Program-made: the position numbers and the translations under genes
Notes under the pieces: generated by a model
Told to the model about the DNA's origin: nothing
Database searches by the model: none
What the model saw: the letters and a program-made list of their open reading frames with translations, nothing else
Assembly: GCA_937951895.1 (NCBI GenBank)
Contig: CALFER010000038.1
Location: 67,029-131,028 of the forward strand
Length of the DNA: 64,000 nt
Direction of reading: 5' to 3'
Source: an uncultured bacterium
GTDB lineage: Bacteria > CSSED10-310 > CALFER01
Shown here: one piece after another, positions 18,013 through 27,741 of the stretch
Position numbering within the stretch: the stretch's first letter is position 1
Layout of the letters: each line of letters begins with the position of its first letter

Positions 18013-20277
18013 TCAGTCGTCTTCTTCGTTATCCGAGTGGAGCATCAGGTCGGCCAGACCACATGTTGCCAACTGACGCTCGATTTCCTGAACGGTTTCA
18101 TAGCGATCATCGGGACCCTTTTCGAGACATTTCATGATGAGATCGTTCATCCATCGCGGGAGATCCGGTTGGCGTTCGATGGGTGGGATCGGTTCTGTTT
18201 CGACCTGATCCACCAGGACTTTGAACGAATCGGGGCTCGTGAAGGGCGGTGATCCGACACATGCTTCGTACAGAATCGTTCCGAGCGAATAGATATCGCT
18301 GCGTGTATCGGTCGATTCCCCCTTTGCCTGCTCGGGACTCATGTATTCAGGTGTCCCGACGACAAAGTCCGAATCGCTGTCTTTGGTGAGTCCCATGACC
18401 ATCGCGATCCCGAAGTCCACGAGTTTGACGATGCCGGCATCGTTGATCAGGATATTCTGAGGTTTGATGTCGCGATGGACGATACCCAGGCGGTGAGCGG
18501 CCCAGAGGCCGGCGCAGACCTGCGTCATGACCTGGATGACGGTGTCGATATCGAAGGTTTTTTCGGTGCGGATCATCGCCTTCAGATCCCGGCTCGGGAA
18601 GAACTCCATCGAGATATACAGAAGGTTGTTCACCTTTTCAAAATCGTACAGTTGCACGACATTGTCGTGATGGACTTTGCGTGCGAGATTGACTTCCTGT
18701 TTGAATCGGTGAATCATTTCAGAATCGTTTGCGTATTTGGGCTTGAGGACTTTGAGAGCGACTTCGTTGGACAGTTCCTGGTCGAATGCCCGATACACGA
18801 CGCCCATTCCGCCTGCCCCGACCCGCTCACGAATGACGTACCGTTCCGCCACGATCGATCCCGCCGCGAACTGATGCGGGAACGTGGTCGTCGGGCGCGT
18901 CCTGCCGTCCCTTGCAACGTGTGCGAGTTGGGAGAGTTTGGTCCTGACCTGTCGATAGCCCAGATCGAACGCCGAAATTCTCTCGAAGATCTTCACCGCG
19001 CGTTCCGGTTGTCCCCGGGATTCGAATCCACATCCCAGTTCGTAATACACATCGATGTTATCAGCTGAGACTTCCTCTTCGAGGAGGTATTTCAGGTAGT
19101 TATCGTATCCGAGATCAAAATTGCCGCGGCGGAGAAACGCCTGGCCGAGCAGATTGCGAATAGGGACCGTGCGACTTCCTTGTGACCAGGCATTTTGCAG
19201 AACCTGGATAGCCAGATCGAGGTTATTGAGCTGGAGATACAACTGGCCGGCTTTATAGGGTTCGTTCGCCAATGCGTACAGATCGGCAGCTTTATCGTAT
19301 TCACCCAGTTGTTCGCGAAGTTCCGCCGCCTGGTTGGTGTCGCCGAGTTGTTCGGAGAGAACCGCGGCATCGAGCAGGCGCCCGGCGCGCAGGAACATCT
19401 CGGCTGCTTTTCGCGGTCGATCCGTCAACCGATACATCTCCCCCGCTTTGGCAAACTCGCCCGATAGTTCGTACGCCTCCGCCGCGATCTTGAATTCGCC
19501 GCTGTCATCCGCCAGAACAGCCGCTTTCGAGAATTCGTTTTCCGACAGTAACTTCTGGATCTGCAGGAAACGGGCTTTGTTGATTTCCCCCAGTTCATTG
19601 TAAATCGAAGCCGCTTCTTCCCACCGGTTGACGGATTCGAGATACCGAGCGGCTTGCGCCAGATCACCGACAATCCGTGAGACGCGGACAGCTTCGTCGA
19701 TCTCACCGGCCCTGAAAAACAATTCCGCCGCTGTCTGATACTTCCTCAGTTGCTCATAAGCTCGGGCACACTGGACCGCAAGATCCTGTTTGATCAGACG
19801 TCCCGAGGCATCCGTTTTGTTCTCGTAATAGGGATTCTCGAGGATGCGCTCAAAACAGGCGATCACTTTGCCATACATCCCTCGTTCAAAGTAGAGTCGT
19901 CCCGCCCGGATGTAATCCTGAGCTTCTTCGAGCATGGTCGCCGCATCGGAAGTAGCATCCGCAAGCATGTACATTTCAGCCGCAAGAAGTGGAATGCCGG
20001 CTTCCTTGTACATCATTCCCGCCTGATAGTAGTCCTTGATCTCCTTGAACATCTCGGCGGATTTAGCATACTGCCCCGCTTTGGCGAAATGCCGTGCCGC
20101 TTCCTTGTTGCGACCGAGCCATTCGAGGAGCGGGGCGGAGCGATGATACGCGCGGACCTTGAGATACATATCGAGAGCTTTTTCAAATTCACCGGCCGCC
20201 CGGAACAAATCACCGGCATCCAGATATTCTCCGCGCTGTGCCAGTTTCTGAGCTTCCTTGATGTTTCCGTGCGCCAT
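18013..20277 (-). CDS. TPR-repeat protein fused to C-terminal Ser/Thr protein kinase
   Basis: About 450 aa of TPR-like A/Y/L-rich repeats, then a kinase domain: RVGAGGMGVVYRA, ALKVLKP, HRDIKPQNILI, DFGIA, GTPEYMSPEQ. Confidence 0.85.
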   Translation of the reverse strand: MAHGNIKEAQKLAQRGEYLDAGDLFRAAGEFEKALDMYLKVRAYHRSAPLLEWLGRNKEAARHFAKAGQYAKSAEMFKEIKDYYQAGMMYKEAGIPLLAAEMYMLADATSDAATMLEEAQDYIRAGRLYFERGMYGKVIACFERILENPYYENKTDASGRLIKQDLAVQCARAYEQLRKYQTAAELFFRAGEIDEAVRVSRIVGDLAQAARYLESVNRWEEAASIYNELGEINKARFLQIQKLLSENEFSKAAVLADDSGEFKIAAEAYELSGEFAKAGEMYRLTDRPRKAAEMFLRAGRLLDAAVLSEQLGDTNQAAELREQLGEYDKAADLYALANEPYKAGQLYLQLNNLDLAIQVLQNAWSQGSRTVPIRNLLGQAFLRRGNFDLGYDNYLKYLLEEEVSADNIDVYYELGCGFESRGQPERAVKIFERISAFDLGYRQVRTKLSQLAHVARDGRTRPTTTFPHQFAAGSIVAERYVIRERVGAGGMGVVYRAFDQELSNEVALKVLKPKYANDSEMIHRFKQEVNLARKVHHDNVVQLYDFEKVNNLLYISMEFFPSRDLKAMIRTEKTFDIDTVIQVMTQVCAGLWAAHRLGIVHRDIKPQNILINDAGIVKLVDFGIAMVMGLTKDSDSDFVVGTPEYMSPEQAKGESTDTRSDIYSLGTILYEACVGSPPFTSPDSFKVLVDQVETEPIPPIERQPDLPRWMNDLIMKCLEKGPDDRYETVQEIERQLATCGLADLMLHSDNEEDD

Positions 20278-20491
20278 AAACTCCCCAACTGCTTGAGTAT
20301 AGGCGTTTGGTGCGAGACGTCAAGATGCAGATACCCGATCCACGTCTGATCACACATCTCGGGTGCAGCCATCTTCCGGACTATTTTTTTTCCGCACTGG
20401 AATTTTCCATCAATTTGACGGAAAATCCAGCTGGGGGCATGGGATTCACGATCCGAGCGGCCGGCCGGAGATCCGGAGACAGGAGCGGCAC

Positions 20492-20875
20492 ATGGAGAAT
20501 CTGATGAAGCTATTGAACATCCAGGAGGGGAAAACAATCGAGGAACGCCGGGAAATCGAGCGCAAGCAGCTGACGAAGCCGATATCGGTCACGTTCAGCA
20601 TCGAGCACGAAGGCGAGATCACGGATATCACCAGCGAGGGAATCGGGATCAAATTTCATCCGCTCGGTACAGAAGCATTGAATGTCGGGCGGAGAGTTCG
20701 ACTGCATCTGAACATGAATGACCGGATCGTCAGTCTCCATGGGGAAATCCGCCGGATCAGCGAGAAATTCGGACACATCATTCTGGGCTTGGCTTATGAC
20801 CGTGACGATGTCGCCACGTTCAATCTGAGCCCATCCGACAAGACCGACCAGGATTCAGAGTCCCGGGATCGGTGA
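20492..20875 (+). CDS. PilZ-domain protein
   Basis: AGGAG RBS then ATG at 20492. RREIERKQ (RxxxR) and DITSEGIGIKF (DxSxxG) match the two c-di-GMP-binding PilZ motifs. Confidence 0.6.
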   Translation: MENLMKLLNIQEGKTIEERREIERKQLTKPISVTFSIEHEGEITDITSEGIGIKFHPLGTEALNVGRRVRLHLNMNDRIVSLHGEIRRISEKFGHIILGLAYDRDDVATFNLSPSDKTDQDSESRDR

Positions 20876-20876
20876 T

Positions 20877-23330
20877 TCATCTCGGTCCGAAACCGAATGT
20901 CCAGGAACTGATTCCATCCGGGCCACCGAGCAATTCGGTCAGTGAGGCGTTCATCATACCACCCCAGAAGGTGATCCCGTCCAGAGACGCATTGCCGGTA
21001 TCCGGCCAGTCGAACATGGGCAGAATCATGCAGTCGCTATGGCCATGGATCAGTGTGACCGGTTGCCAGTCCAGATCATGCGTCCATGTCGGATGAAACC
21101 AATATTCCGAGCCGATCTGGAGAATGACGAACAATGCGGCATCGACCGGAGTCGCGTGATCAGATCCCAGAGTGGCTTTCAGATAACAGGGATCACCCGG
21201 TGAGAATCGATGCGACGGCATCTCGAGGACAACACCGGTCACAGGTGCTGAAGGCGTCGGCAGAGTGGGAGGCGACAATTGCGTCGAGGCGTGGATGAAA
21301 GCGTCGATTCCGTATAAATCACCATCAACCACATGCAGCACATTCGATGAATCGATCACAGAATCGCTCCCGCTGGAGCAGTTTACTCGATCGACGATTC
21401 TTTCCGATGACCAGGTTCCGTTGTATTTGTAAAAGTGTTCAATTGAGCACTGATCGGTGGAAAACACTCTTTTATGAAACATAATATGCGGATTACCCTG
21501 AACATCGAAAACGAGATCCGGAAATTCGTAATAATCCCGGTTCGGAATCGCTTCGTATTCCCAGCCATAGGCAGTTCGTGTCATGAAATACAACGTGGGC
21601 CAGTAAATTTGCTGATAGACAATGCAAATCCTTCCCCCACGATCCAGTTCCATATCGAAGGCTTCCACCTCGGAACGATCCAGATCAACAACCCATCCGG
21701 ATTCGCTCCGGTAGAGGCATCTGAGGCTGGCGTCTTCCATTCTATGACTCAACCATGGAACTCCCTGTGCATCAATGAGCAGTTTTGTCGGGAGAGCATA
21801 GAATTCATATTCAGCGACCGGTTCGATCGTCCAGTTTTCACCTGTGTTATATGCATAATACGTCACATGTCGTGACTCCGGTGATCTCTGGTCGAAACTG
21901 ATGCCGATCGTGCCGTCCGGACCAACCGCAATGTTGGTTTCCGTACAGGGACCACCGGACATGAGAGTCTCAAATTCCCACCGTCCCGCGACCATACGCC
22001 CAAACTGAAGCGCTTCCTCACCCGCAATCACCATCACCGGTTGATCACCGGCCGCGATAGCTATCGAAGACTCCATTCCTTTGTCAGCCACGATCGTTGA
22101 ATTCCAATCGCCCGATAAATCTGTATCAAATGCAATATGGACAGGACAGGCAGAGTCACCCACAAGCGAGTGGCTGATATACAAATGATCGGATGAATCG
22201 ACAGCAAGTGACGGCAGGTATCCATTGATCGCAGAACAGGCGATATATTCTCCGGTCCAGGAATCATCATTCTGTTCTAGATACCGCAAGTCAGGATAGT
22301 TCTGGTATGCCAGGCGGAGCATCCCGGTTCCTCCTGACAACCAAGCCCTGCAAGGTGAGTTAAAATCAGTATCCAGATGCTCCTCGTTCCATATCGTTGC
22401 TTCGCGGTAGAAATGCGTTAATGCATAATCGGCGCCGAGAATGATCACATGTGCGTCTTCCCCGTCAATAACCATCGACAGAACATCTCGTGAGCCGCTG
22501 TAAAAAGGTTCATGGTACCAGGTTCCGCCCTCCTGATACGACAAATACATCTGATCCGCCGTTTCCGTGAAAAGCGCGTAAGCCACATACGGATTATTCG
22601 CACTGTCCAATGCAATCGCCCATGAGCCAACAAGCGGGCTCTGACCCACAGATTCAGTATTTACAACCATCCCCTCTGTACTCACCGTTGCGTAATAAAG
22701 TGTCTCCCGCGGTATGTACTTTACGTAAACCATTCTGATTACATCATCGCTTCCCATGGCTGCTTCTGCTGAATACGATTCGGAATCAATCAGTTGCGAT
22801 GTCCAGATCGAATCCATCCAAATCCCGTGCCGGAGTGAATTAGCACGGCCTCCGAACACCACATGCATGCGATCATTCGAATCGAACATACACGCGTAGA
22901 TCCTGTTGATCCTGTCGACATCCGTTTCCACGATCTCGGAATGCCACACCGCACTCTCCCGTTTGAAGACGCGGATGCCCATCGAATCGAAGCATATGAT
23001 ATGCGGAGTGTCACTCGAGTCAAAAGAAAGATGGATGTCACAAGCCGAGTCGGGCAAATCCGATACGATTTCAGATTGCCATTCATCGCCAACCCGTGAA
23101 AAGTAACTCAGAAAATAGCCCAATGTCCCCTCACGGTCAGAGAGTGCGATTGCTGCATGGAGTTGATTCTGATGATCGACCGCGAACATACTCACGATGT
23201 ACGAGTCCATAGCATCGGGTTTCCACAGCGTTTCGATTGTCCAGTCATGTGCGAACAAGACAGACCCGATCGACATCAGGATGAAGGACACCAACACAAT
23301 GCGATATCTCGAGCCAGCAACATTCACCAT
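20877..23330 (-). CDS. Secreted repeat (probable beta-propeller-type) protein, paralog 1, with conserved C-terminal domain
   Basis: GGAGG RBS and ATG at 23328-23330. Signal peptide IVLVSFILMSIGSVLFA. About 45-aa repeats of the type W..E.I....s...Ai..D..G.pHi.y. C-terminal block ...DAALFVILQIGSEYWFHPTWTHDLDW...ITFWGGMMNASLTELLGGPDGI is shared with four other proteins. Confidence 0.7.
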   Translation of the reverse strand: MVNVAGSRYRIVLVSFILMSIGSVLFAHDWTIETLWKPDAMDSYIVSMFAVDHQNQLHAAIALSDREGTLGYFLSYFSRVGDEWQSEIVSDLPDSACDIHLSFDSSDTPHIICFDSMGIRVFKRESAVWHSEIVETDVDRINRIYACMFDSNDRMHVVFGGRANSLRHGIWMDSIWTSQLIDSESYSAEAAMGSDDVIRMVYVKYIPRETLYYATVSTEGMVVNTESVGQSPLVGSWAIALDSANNPYVAYALFTETADQMYLSYQEGGTWYHEPFYSGSRDVLSMVIDGEDAHVIILGADYALTHFYREATIWNEEHLDTDFNSPCRAWLSGGTGMLRLAYQNYPDLRYLEQNDDSWTGEYIACSAINGYLPSLAVDSSDHLYISHSLVGDSACPVHIAFDTDLSGDWNSTIVADKGMESSIAIAAGDQPVMVIAGEEALQFGRMVAGRWEFETLMSGGPCTETNIAVGPDGTIGISFDQRSPESRHVTYYAYNTGENWTIEPVAEYEFYALPTKLLIDAQGVPWLSHRMEDASLRCLYRSESGWVVDLDRSEVEAFDMELDRGGRICIVYQQIYWPTLYFMTRTAYGWEYEAIPNRDYYEFPDLVFDVQGNPHIMFHKRVFSTDQCSIEHFYKYNGTWSSERIVDRVNCSSGSDSVIDSSNVLHVVDGDLYGIDAFIHASTQLSPPTLPTPSAPVTGVVLEMPSHRFSPGDPCYLKATLGSDHATPVDAALFVILQIGSEYWFHPTWTHDLDWQPVTLIHGHSDCMILPMFDWPDTGNASLDGITFWGGMMNASLTELLGGPDGISSWTFGFGPR

Positions 23331-23417
23331 AACAACCTCCTTATACGAAGCATCACTGGTTTCAGCATAAGAATATGAAGTTAATAATTCAATGAGATAA
23401 GCTAAGGTGATTAAAGA

Positions 23418-23855
23418 TCAAACACTTGCGAGGCGTTCGAGATCGAATGCGGACACGGCACCGAGCAGACGATTGATTTCCCTGCCATACTCAAACACCA
23501 GAACGGTCGGCAGGATCTCGATGCCGTAAAAACGATTCATCTCGGGGTTGTCGGAGATATCGATCGACACAAAGATCGTTTTGTCCTGGAATGCGCGTGC
23601 CGTGATGTCGAACAGCGGGATAAAATCCCGGGCGCCCGGAGCCCAGGGCGCCCAGAATACAGCGATCATTCTTTTTTTACATAATCCCAGAAACTTGGGA
23701 AATGTCGCATCACCCAGCGGGACGGAAGAGTCCTTCCGGATCGGAAACAGGCAGACCGGACAGTAGGCGTAATCGGTTGCCTTGTCGATCAGTACCGGAG
23801 ACACATGCGCACAGATCGGGCACTTGTGCATCCTTCCGGGTGATGGGACATTCAT
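23418..23855 (-). CDS. Thioredoxin-fold protein lacking the CXXC active site, with N-terminal Cys4 zinc-ribbon
   Basis: N-terminal CPIC...17 aa...CPVC. Thioredoxin-like region ...MIAVFWAPWAPGARDFIPLFD...ILPTVLVFEYGREI... where the canonical WCGPC is replaced by WAPWAPGA. It is the last gene of the operon. Confidence 0.6.
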   Translation of the reverse strand: MNVPSPGRMHKCPICAHVSPVLIDKATDYAYCPVCLFPIRKDSSVPLGDATFPKFLGLCKKRMIAVFWAPWAPGARDFIPLFDITARAFQDKTIFVSIDISDNPEMNRFYGIEILPTVLVFEYGREINRLLGAVSAFDLERLASV

Positions 23856-23856
23856 C

Positions 23857-24543
23857 TCAACTGACTACCCCGAGCCAATCCTTGAAGAGGAAGATGAAAC
23901 GGCCGATGGCCAGCGAAATACGAGCCATGACGGTGAGTCCGAAGGAAGCCCCGAATCCGATCATGACCATCAGAATACCGAAGTTGCTGATTGGCCTCAG
24001 AACACCCTTCTGTTCGGTCGAGAAGAAGAAATAGATCAGCGTGGCGAGTGTCGAGAGCAGGATGACGATGGTCCAGAAACCGGGCCAGAACTCGGCGAGC
24101 TGTGCGCGTGTCACGATGGACGCTTCGAGCTGCCGCAGGATGCCGGCTTCAAAGGATGCCGGAATCGAGATAGCGGTATAGTACCCCATCGTCAATCCGA
24201 TCGGGATCCGCACCATCCAGGAAATCTTCGGGATGAAGCGTGTGATGTACAGCGCACCGACCATCATCGGAAGAATGATGAAGAAGTTGGCATCGTTGAA
24301 GGGATTCAGCACCGCGGTGGAAAAACCGTCCTGTTTGACCATTTTTCCTGCATTCACCAGCGGATCGATCATCATCGGAACAACGACGTTGAAGTAGGTC
24401 AGAGTGATCGAGTAGCCGTTCGCGACGCCGATGTAGAGATGCTCGGCGATTCGATAAAGTGGATTGTCACGCCATAGAAAGGAGAAGATGGCGATAGTCA
24501 GGATGGCGGCATTCCAAGTCCAGAATTCGGTTGCGATGTTCAT
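23857..24543 (-). CDS. Polytopic integral membrane protein (about 6 TM), hypothetical
   Basis: Start MNIATEFW at 24543 with GGAGGGGAG RBS. ATGA overlap with the upstream gene. Hydrophobic throughout. Confidence 0.6.
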   Translation of the reverse strand: MNIATEFWTWNAAILTIAIFSFLWRDNPLYRIAEHLYIGVANGYSITLTYFNVVVPMMIDPLVNAGKMVKQDGFSTAVLNPFNDANFFIILPMMVGALYITRFIPKISWMVRIPIGLTMGYYTAISIPASFEAGILRQLEASIVTRAQLAEFWPGFWTIVILLSTLATLIYFFFSTEQKGVLRPISNFGILMVMIGFGASFGLTVMARISLAIGRFIFLFKDWLGVVS

Positions 24544-25445
24544 ACTCCCCTCCGATTTTCGTGCCGGCGCTGCATGAAGTAGCAGACATTGCCCAGAATC
24601 ACCATGAGGATGATGGCGATATGTGTGGTCGACTGAGCACTCATACCTTCGCATGCCATCCGGCGTTCCTGATCCGAAAACTTCTCCTGAACAAGTTTTT
24701 CGTATTCCGCGGCGCCTTTCATGCCCTCGATCATGCCGGTGAGTTGTCCGGAGTCGAGATACGGGTAGAAGTCCGCGACAGACACGGCCGTGACACCCGC
24801 TGTGACTTTGATGCCGTAGCGAGCCTGCGCGTACGCCACATAGGTGATGGGCAGTGAGTTCGCCGCGATCGATGCGATCATGTCCATATCGCGGTAACTC
24901 TTGATGTTCGTCATCATCGGCTGAAGATTCAGATCATTCCCGTAGAAATCTTTCGGAAATACATCGAAGATGTTTTCACCCAGACCCAGAATCGGAACGA
25001 TGGGAGGGGGTTTCCATCCGAGGAACACATAGTCGCGACCGTAGATGATCCGTTCTTCATCGGTCGTAGCGCGATTGTTGAATTCGCTGACTACCTGGTT
25101 AAAGGCCTGTTCGGCCAATCCGAGCGAATTGGCGTAAAGGCACATCGCCAGCACCTTGATACGGCGGTGGAAACTATGACGGAGCAGTGACACGAGCATG
25201 GGGTAGAGTTCGGGCTGATCCTGCGGGCTCAGATCCGCCGAGATCAGCATGGCGTTGTGTTCTTTGGGGAATTTTTCAACTGCATCGAACAATGCCTGGG
25301 TGGTACGTTCGGAAACACGAATCGGGAGATCGAACGGGAAGATGATCGGGATGATCATGACCAGCGCGACGATGACATAGATCACACGCCGGTCGACACC
25401 CATCATCTTCTGCCAGACAGTCTGAATTTCGACTCGGTTGCTCAT
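24540..25445 (-). CDS. Bitopic membrane protein (N- and C-terminal TM helices flanking about 230-aa extracytoplasmic domain), hypothetical
   Basis: TM VIYVIVALVMIIPIIF near the N-terminus and THIAIILMVILGNVCYF near the C-terminus. ATGA start/stop overlaps with both neighbouring genes. Confidence 0.6.
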   Translation of the reverse strand: MSNRVEIQTVWQKMMGVDRRVIYVIVALVMIIPIIFPFDLPIRVSERTTQALFDAVEKFPKEHNAMLISADLSPQDQPELYPMLVSLLRHSFHRRIKVLAMCLYANSLGLAEQAFNQVVSEFNNRATTDEERIIYGRDYVFLGWKPPPIVPILGLGENIFDVFPKDFYGNDLNLQPMMTNIKSYRDMDMIASIAANSLPITYVAYAQARYGIKVTAGVTAVSVADFYPYLDSGQLTGMIEGMKGAAEYEKLVQEKFSDQERRMACEGMSAQSTTHIAIILMVILGNVCYFMQRRHENRRGV

Positions 25446-26368
25446 TCGTCACCTCCCAGCCACGCGCGTTCTATTCCGAAAATGATTTTGAAGGATGTCG
25501 CGACTGCTCCAAGACCGACGCCGATCATGATACCGCGCTTGGAAGCCATGTTGGGGACATCGAGAATCCACTGGCGGAGTTCATAGACACCGGGGATGTA
25601 GGCGGTTGCAAGCGGGATCTGGCCGAGCATGACGATGAACGCCGAAACCAGCAGAACACCGGCATGCAGGTTGCGCATACGGAATGCCCGGTAGGCCGCC
25701 GAACACATGTAGAAGGCGAGCATCGCAAACATCGTGGATCCGCAGGGGACCAGAATACCTTCAAAAAGCTGCTGAATATGGATCCTGAAATCTTTTTTAA
25801 ATGGCACCGGCTTGCCGGTGACCGGGCTGATCATTTCGAACTGAATCCCGTTGCGGCGCGCATTTGATGCCCGCAGTTCGATCTCGTCACGCAACGATGA
25901 TGCCGCATAGCGCGAAAGAGGGGCTTCGACGTTTGAAGGCAACGGCATCACCGCCCGGGCCGGGTCAACGAATTTATCGGGTGAGGCTTTGAACTGGCCC
26001 ATTTCCGCTTCGTTCTGGAACGCATATACCTGGCCATCGTGCGCAAGGAGGACCAAGCCACCGAAAATCGTCGGCAGGCTTTTTTCTCCGCGCACTCCGC
26101 CGAACAGACCGATGAAGGATGAAATGAAGAGCGAGACCAGTGTGACGTAACTGTATTGCCAGTACCGGGATTTGTTCCGGATCTTCACCATGTGGTGGAA
26201 GATGAGGCTTCCGAGACCCAGAATGATGGCGAAAGCGCCGACGATCAGGAGCAGTTTGTTCCGGAGCAGATTGTCGATTTCGTGGACGGATTCCTTGCCC
26301 ACGAAGACCGATATGCCGCCCCAGATCGCGAAGATGAACAACAAATACAAGGGCAGATTTCGTTTCAT
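25442..26368 (-). CDS. Integral membrane protein, hypothetical
   Basis: MKRNLPLYLLFIFAIWGGISVFV..., multiple TM segments at both ends. RBS GAGGTAGG upstream of the ATG at 26368. Confidence 0.6.
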   Translation of the reverse strand: MKRNLPLYLLFIFAIWGGISVFVGKESVHEIDNLLRNKLLLIVGAFAIILGLGSLIFHHMVKIRNKSRYWQYSYVTLVSLFISSFIGLFGGVRGEKSLPTIFGGLVLLAHDGQVYAFQNEAEMGQFKASPDKFVDPARAVMPLPSNVEAPLSRYAASSLRDEIELRASNARRNGIQFEMISPVTGKPVPFKKDFRIHIQQLFEGILVPCGSTMFAMLAFYMCSAAYRAFRMRNLHAGVLLVSAFIVMLGQIPLATAYIPGVYELRQWILDVPNMASKRGIMIGVGLGAVATSFKIIFGIERAWLGGDE

Positions 26369-26376
26369 GACCTACC

Positions 26377-27657
26377 TCATTTCACCAGCAGATAGGGAGA
26401 GAGATCCCAATTGAATACGATGGCCAGTATCGAGAACACGACCATGCAGATCATAAAGATCAGCTTGCCGTAATCCTGTGCTTTGAGTGTTCCGAGAAGG
26501 AGTGGTTCCCGCGAGAGATACGCGGAAGCCGCATAGAGTTCTTCGCCGATCAGTGTGTAATCGCACGATGTGATGAAGAAGGGGAGCTGAGCCGGCGTAT
26601 CCGTTCCCGCGATCTGAACCGCTCCGGTCGCCGCTCCGGTTTCAGACATAACCAGCGCTTCCGCCCAGAACATGCCCATGAAGAAGATCGTGGCCGGTTT
26701 CTGCCGGACCATGATGCCATCGACGCCGGCGGCATAGGCAAACTGGTCCGGAACGAGGAAGAACACGGAGTTCGGATCGAACGCGTCCGGCCGTCCCTCG
26801 GATGCATAGGTCTCACGGACAATCTCCCGAGCAATGGTGTAAACAATCGGATCGCGGTTCGGGCAGATGATCTTGACATCGTAATGGACAGTTCTTCGGA
26901 CAACTTCTCCCAGGATATTCAATGATGCCAGTGTGGCGACATCCTCGATGGATGACGTGCCGGGAATATAAAGAACCGGCTTTCCCATCTCCGTCGCACG
27001 CCCGATGGCGTCTTCCACCGCATTCAATCCGGAAATCCTCCGGACAAAAAGCTCCACGCCCCGTCGCGCCGCATTGATGAACATGACCAGGATCAGCACG
27101 AACACCGCGATCGCCACCACGATCGGCATCTTCCCGGTCCGAAACCAGTGATCTCGAGCTTCGATCGGTCCGGCGATGTCCGACGTCATGGAAGCCTCAC
27201 CGTAGAGTGCTTTGACCCGGAAATGGAACTGGGTGAAATTGGGAACTCCGGAGACCTGATAGGAGGTCAAAACGGTGCGGGTAACCTGTTTCCAGAGACC
27301 ATCCGGAGTTTGCATCTCGAGGATGTAGGCATCGGGTTTCGCTTGAGACACATCATGCGGCCAGCGGATCGAGATCGCATTACCCGTGTCGCTCGGGACA
27401 TCCATCGCAACGACGACCGGGAGTGTCGCCCCCGGAGGCACTGTCGGAACCGGAGCAGGCTCGGCCGGAACGGCGTCATCGCCCGCGACTGGTTCAGTGA
27501 TCGGTTCCGGCGCGGCATCTGTCTGAGATGTCTGTTGGTCCTGGCCGATCGCATGCGGTGCACAGGGCATGCAGACGGCTAGAAGACACACAATTCCCGA
27601 CATGATCGCACGCCATACCCGACCGGTTGAACCGGTGCGTATGGTGTGTAGTGTCAT
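26377..27657 (-). CDS. Fn3-domain membrane protein, tandem paralog B
   Basis: AGGAGG RBS then ATG at 27657. Signal peptide. Pro-rich segment. Fn3-like block (ISIRWPHDV...YILEMQTPDGLWKQV...FHFRVKALYG). A TM helix, then a conserved 230-aa domain and a C-terminal TM. About 60-70% aa identity to 27742..28929. Confidence 0.65.
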   Translation of the reverse strand: MTLHTIRTGSTGRVWRAIMSGIVCLLAVCMPCAPHAIGQDQQTSQTDAAPEPITEPVAGDDAVPAEPAPVPTVPPGATLPVVVAMDVPSDTGNAISIRWPHDVSQAKPDAYILEMQTPDGLWKQVTRTVLTSYQVSGVPNFTQFHFRVKALYGEASMTSDIAGPIEARDHWFRTGKMPIVVAIAVFVLILVMFINAARRGVELFVRRISGLNAVEDAIGRATEMGKPVLYIPGTSSIEDVATLASLNILGEVVRRTVHYDVKIICPNRDPIVYTIAREIVRETYASEGRPDAFDPNSVFFLVPDQFAYAAGVDGIMVRQKPATIFFMGMFWAEALVMSETGAATGAVQIAGTDTPAQLPFFITSCDYTLIGEELYAASAYLSREPLLLGTLKAQDYGKLIFMICMVVFSILAIVFNWDLSPYLLVK

Positions 27658-27741
27658 GTGTGGTATGAACCTCCTCTTATTGTTTGAAACATGAATGAAT
27701 TTCAGTTTCCGAATAGGTCTCAGCACGTGTCGAAGAGCCTT

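Noticed and set aside
26372-26566. Pair of similar small ORFs (MRLHTDRRRTLCGF... at 26372..26566 and MRLHADRRRTLCCF... at 27677..27934)
   Set aside because: Their similarity is a by-product of the tandem duplication of the underlying real genes. Both are out of frame and overlap the paralog coding sequences.
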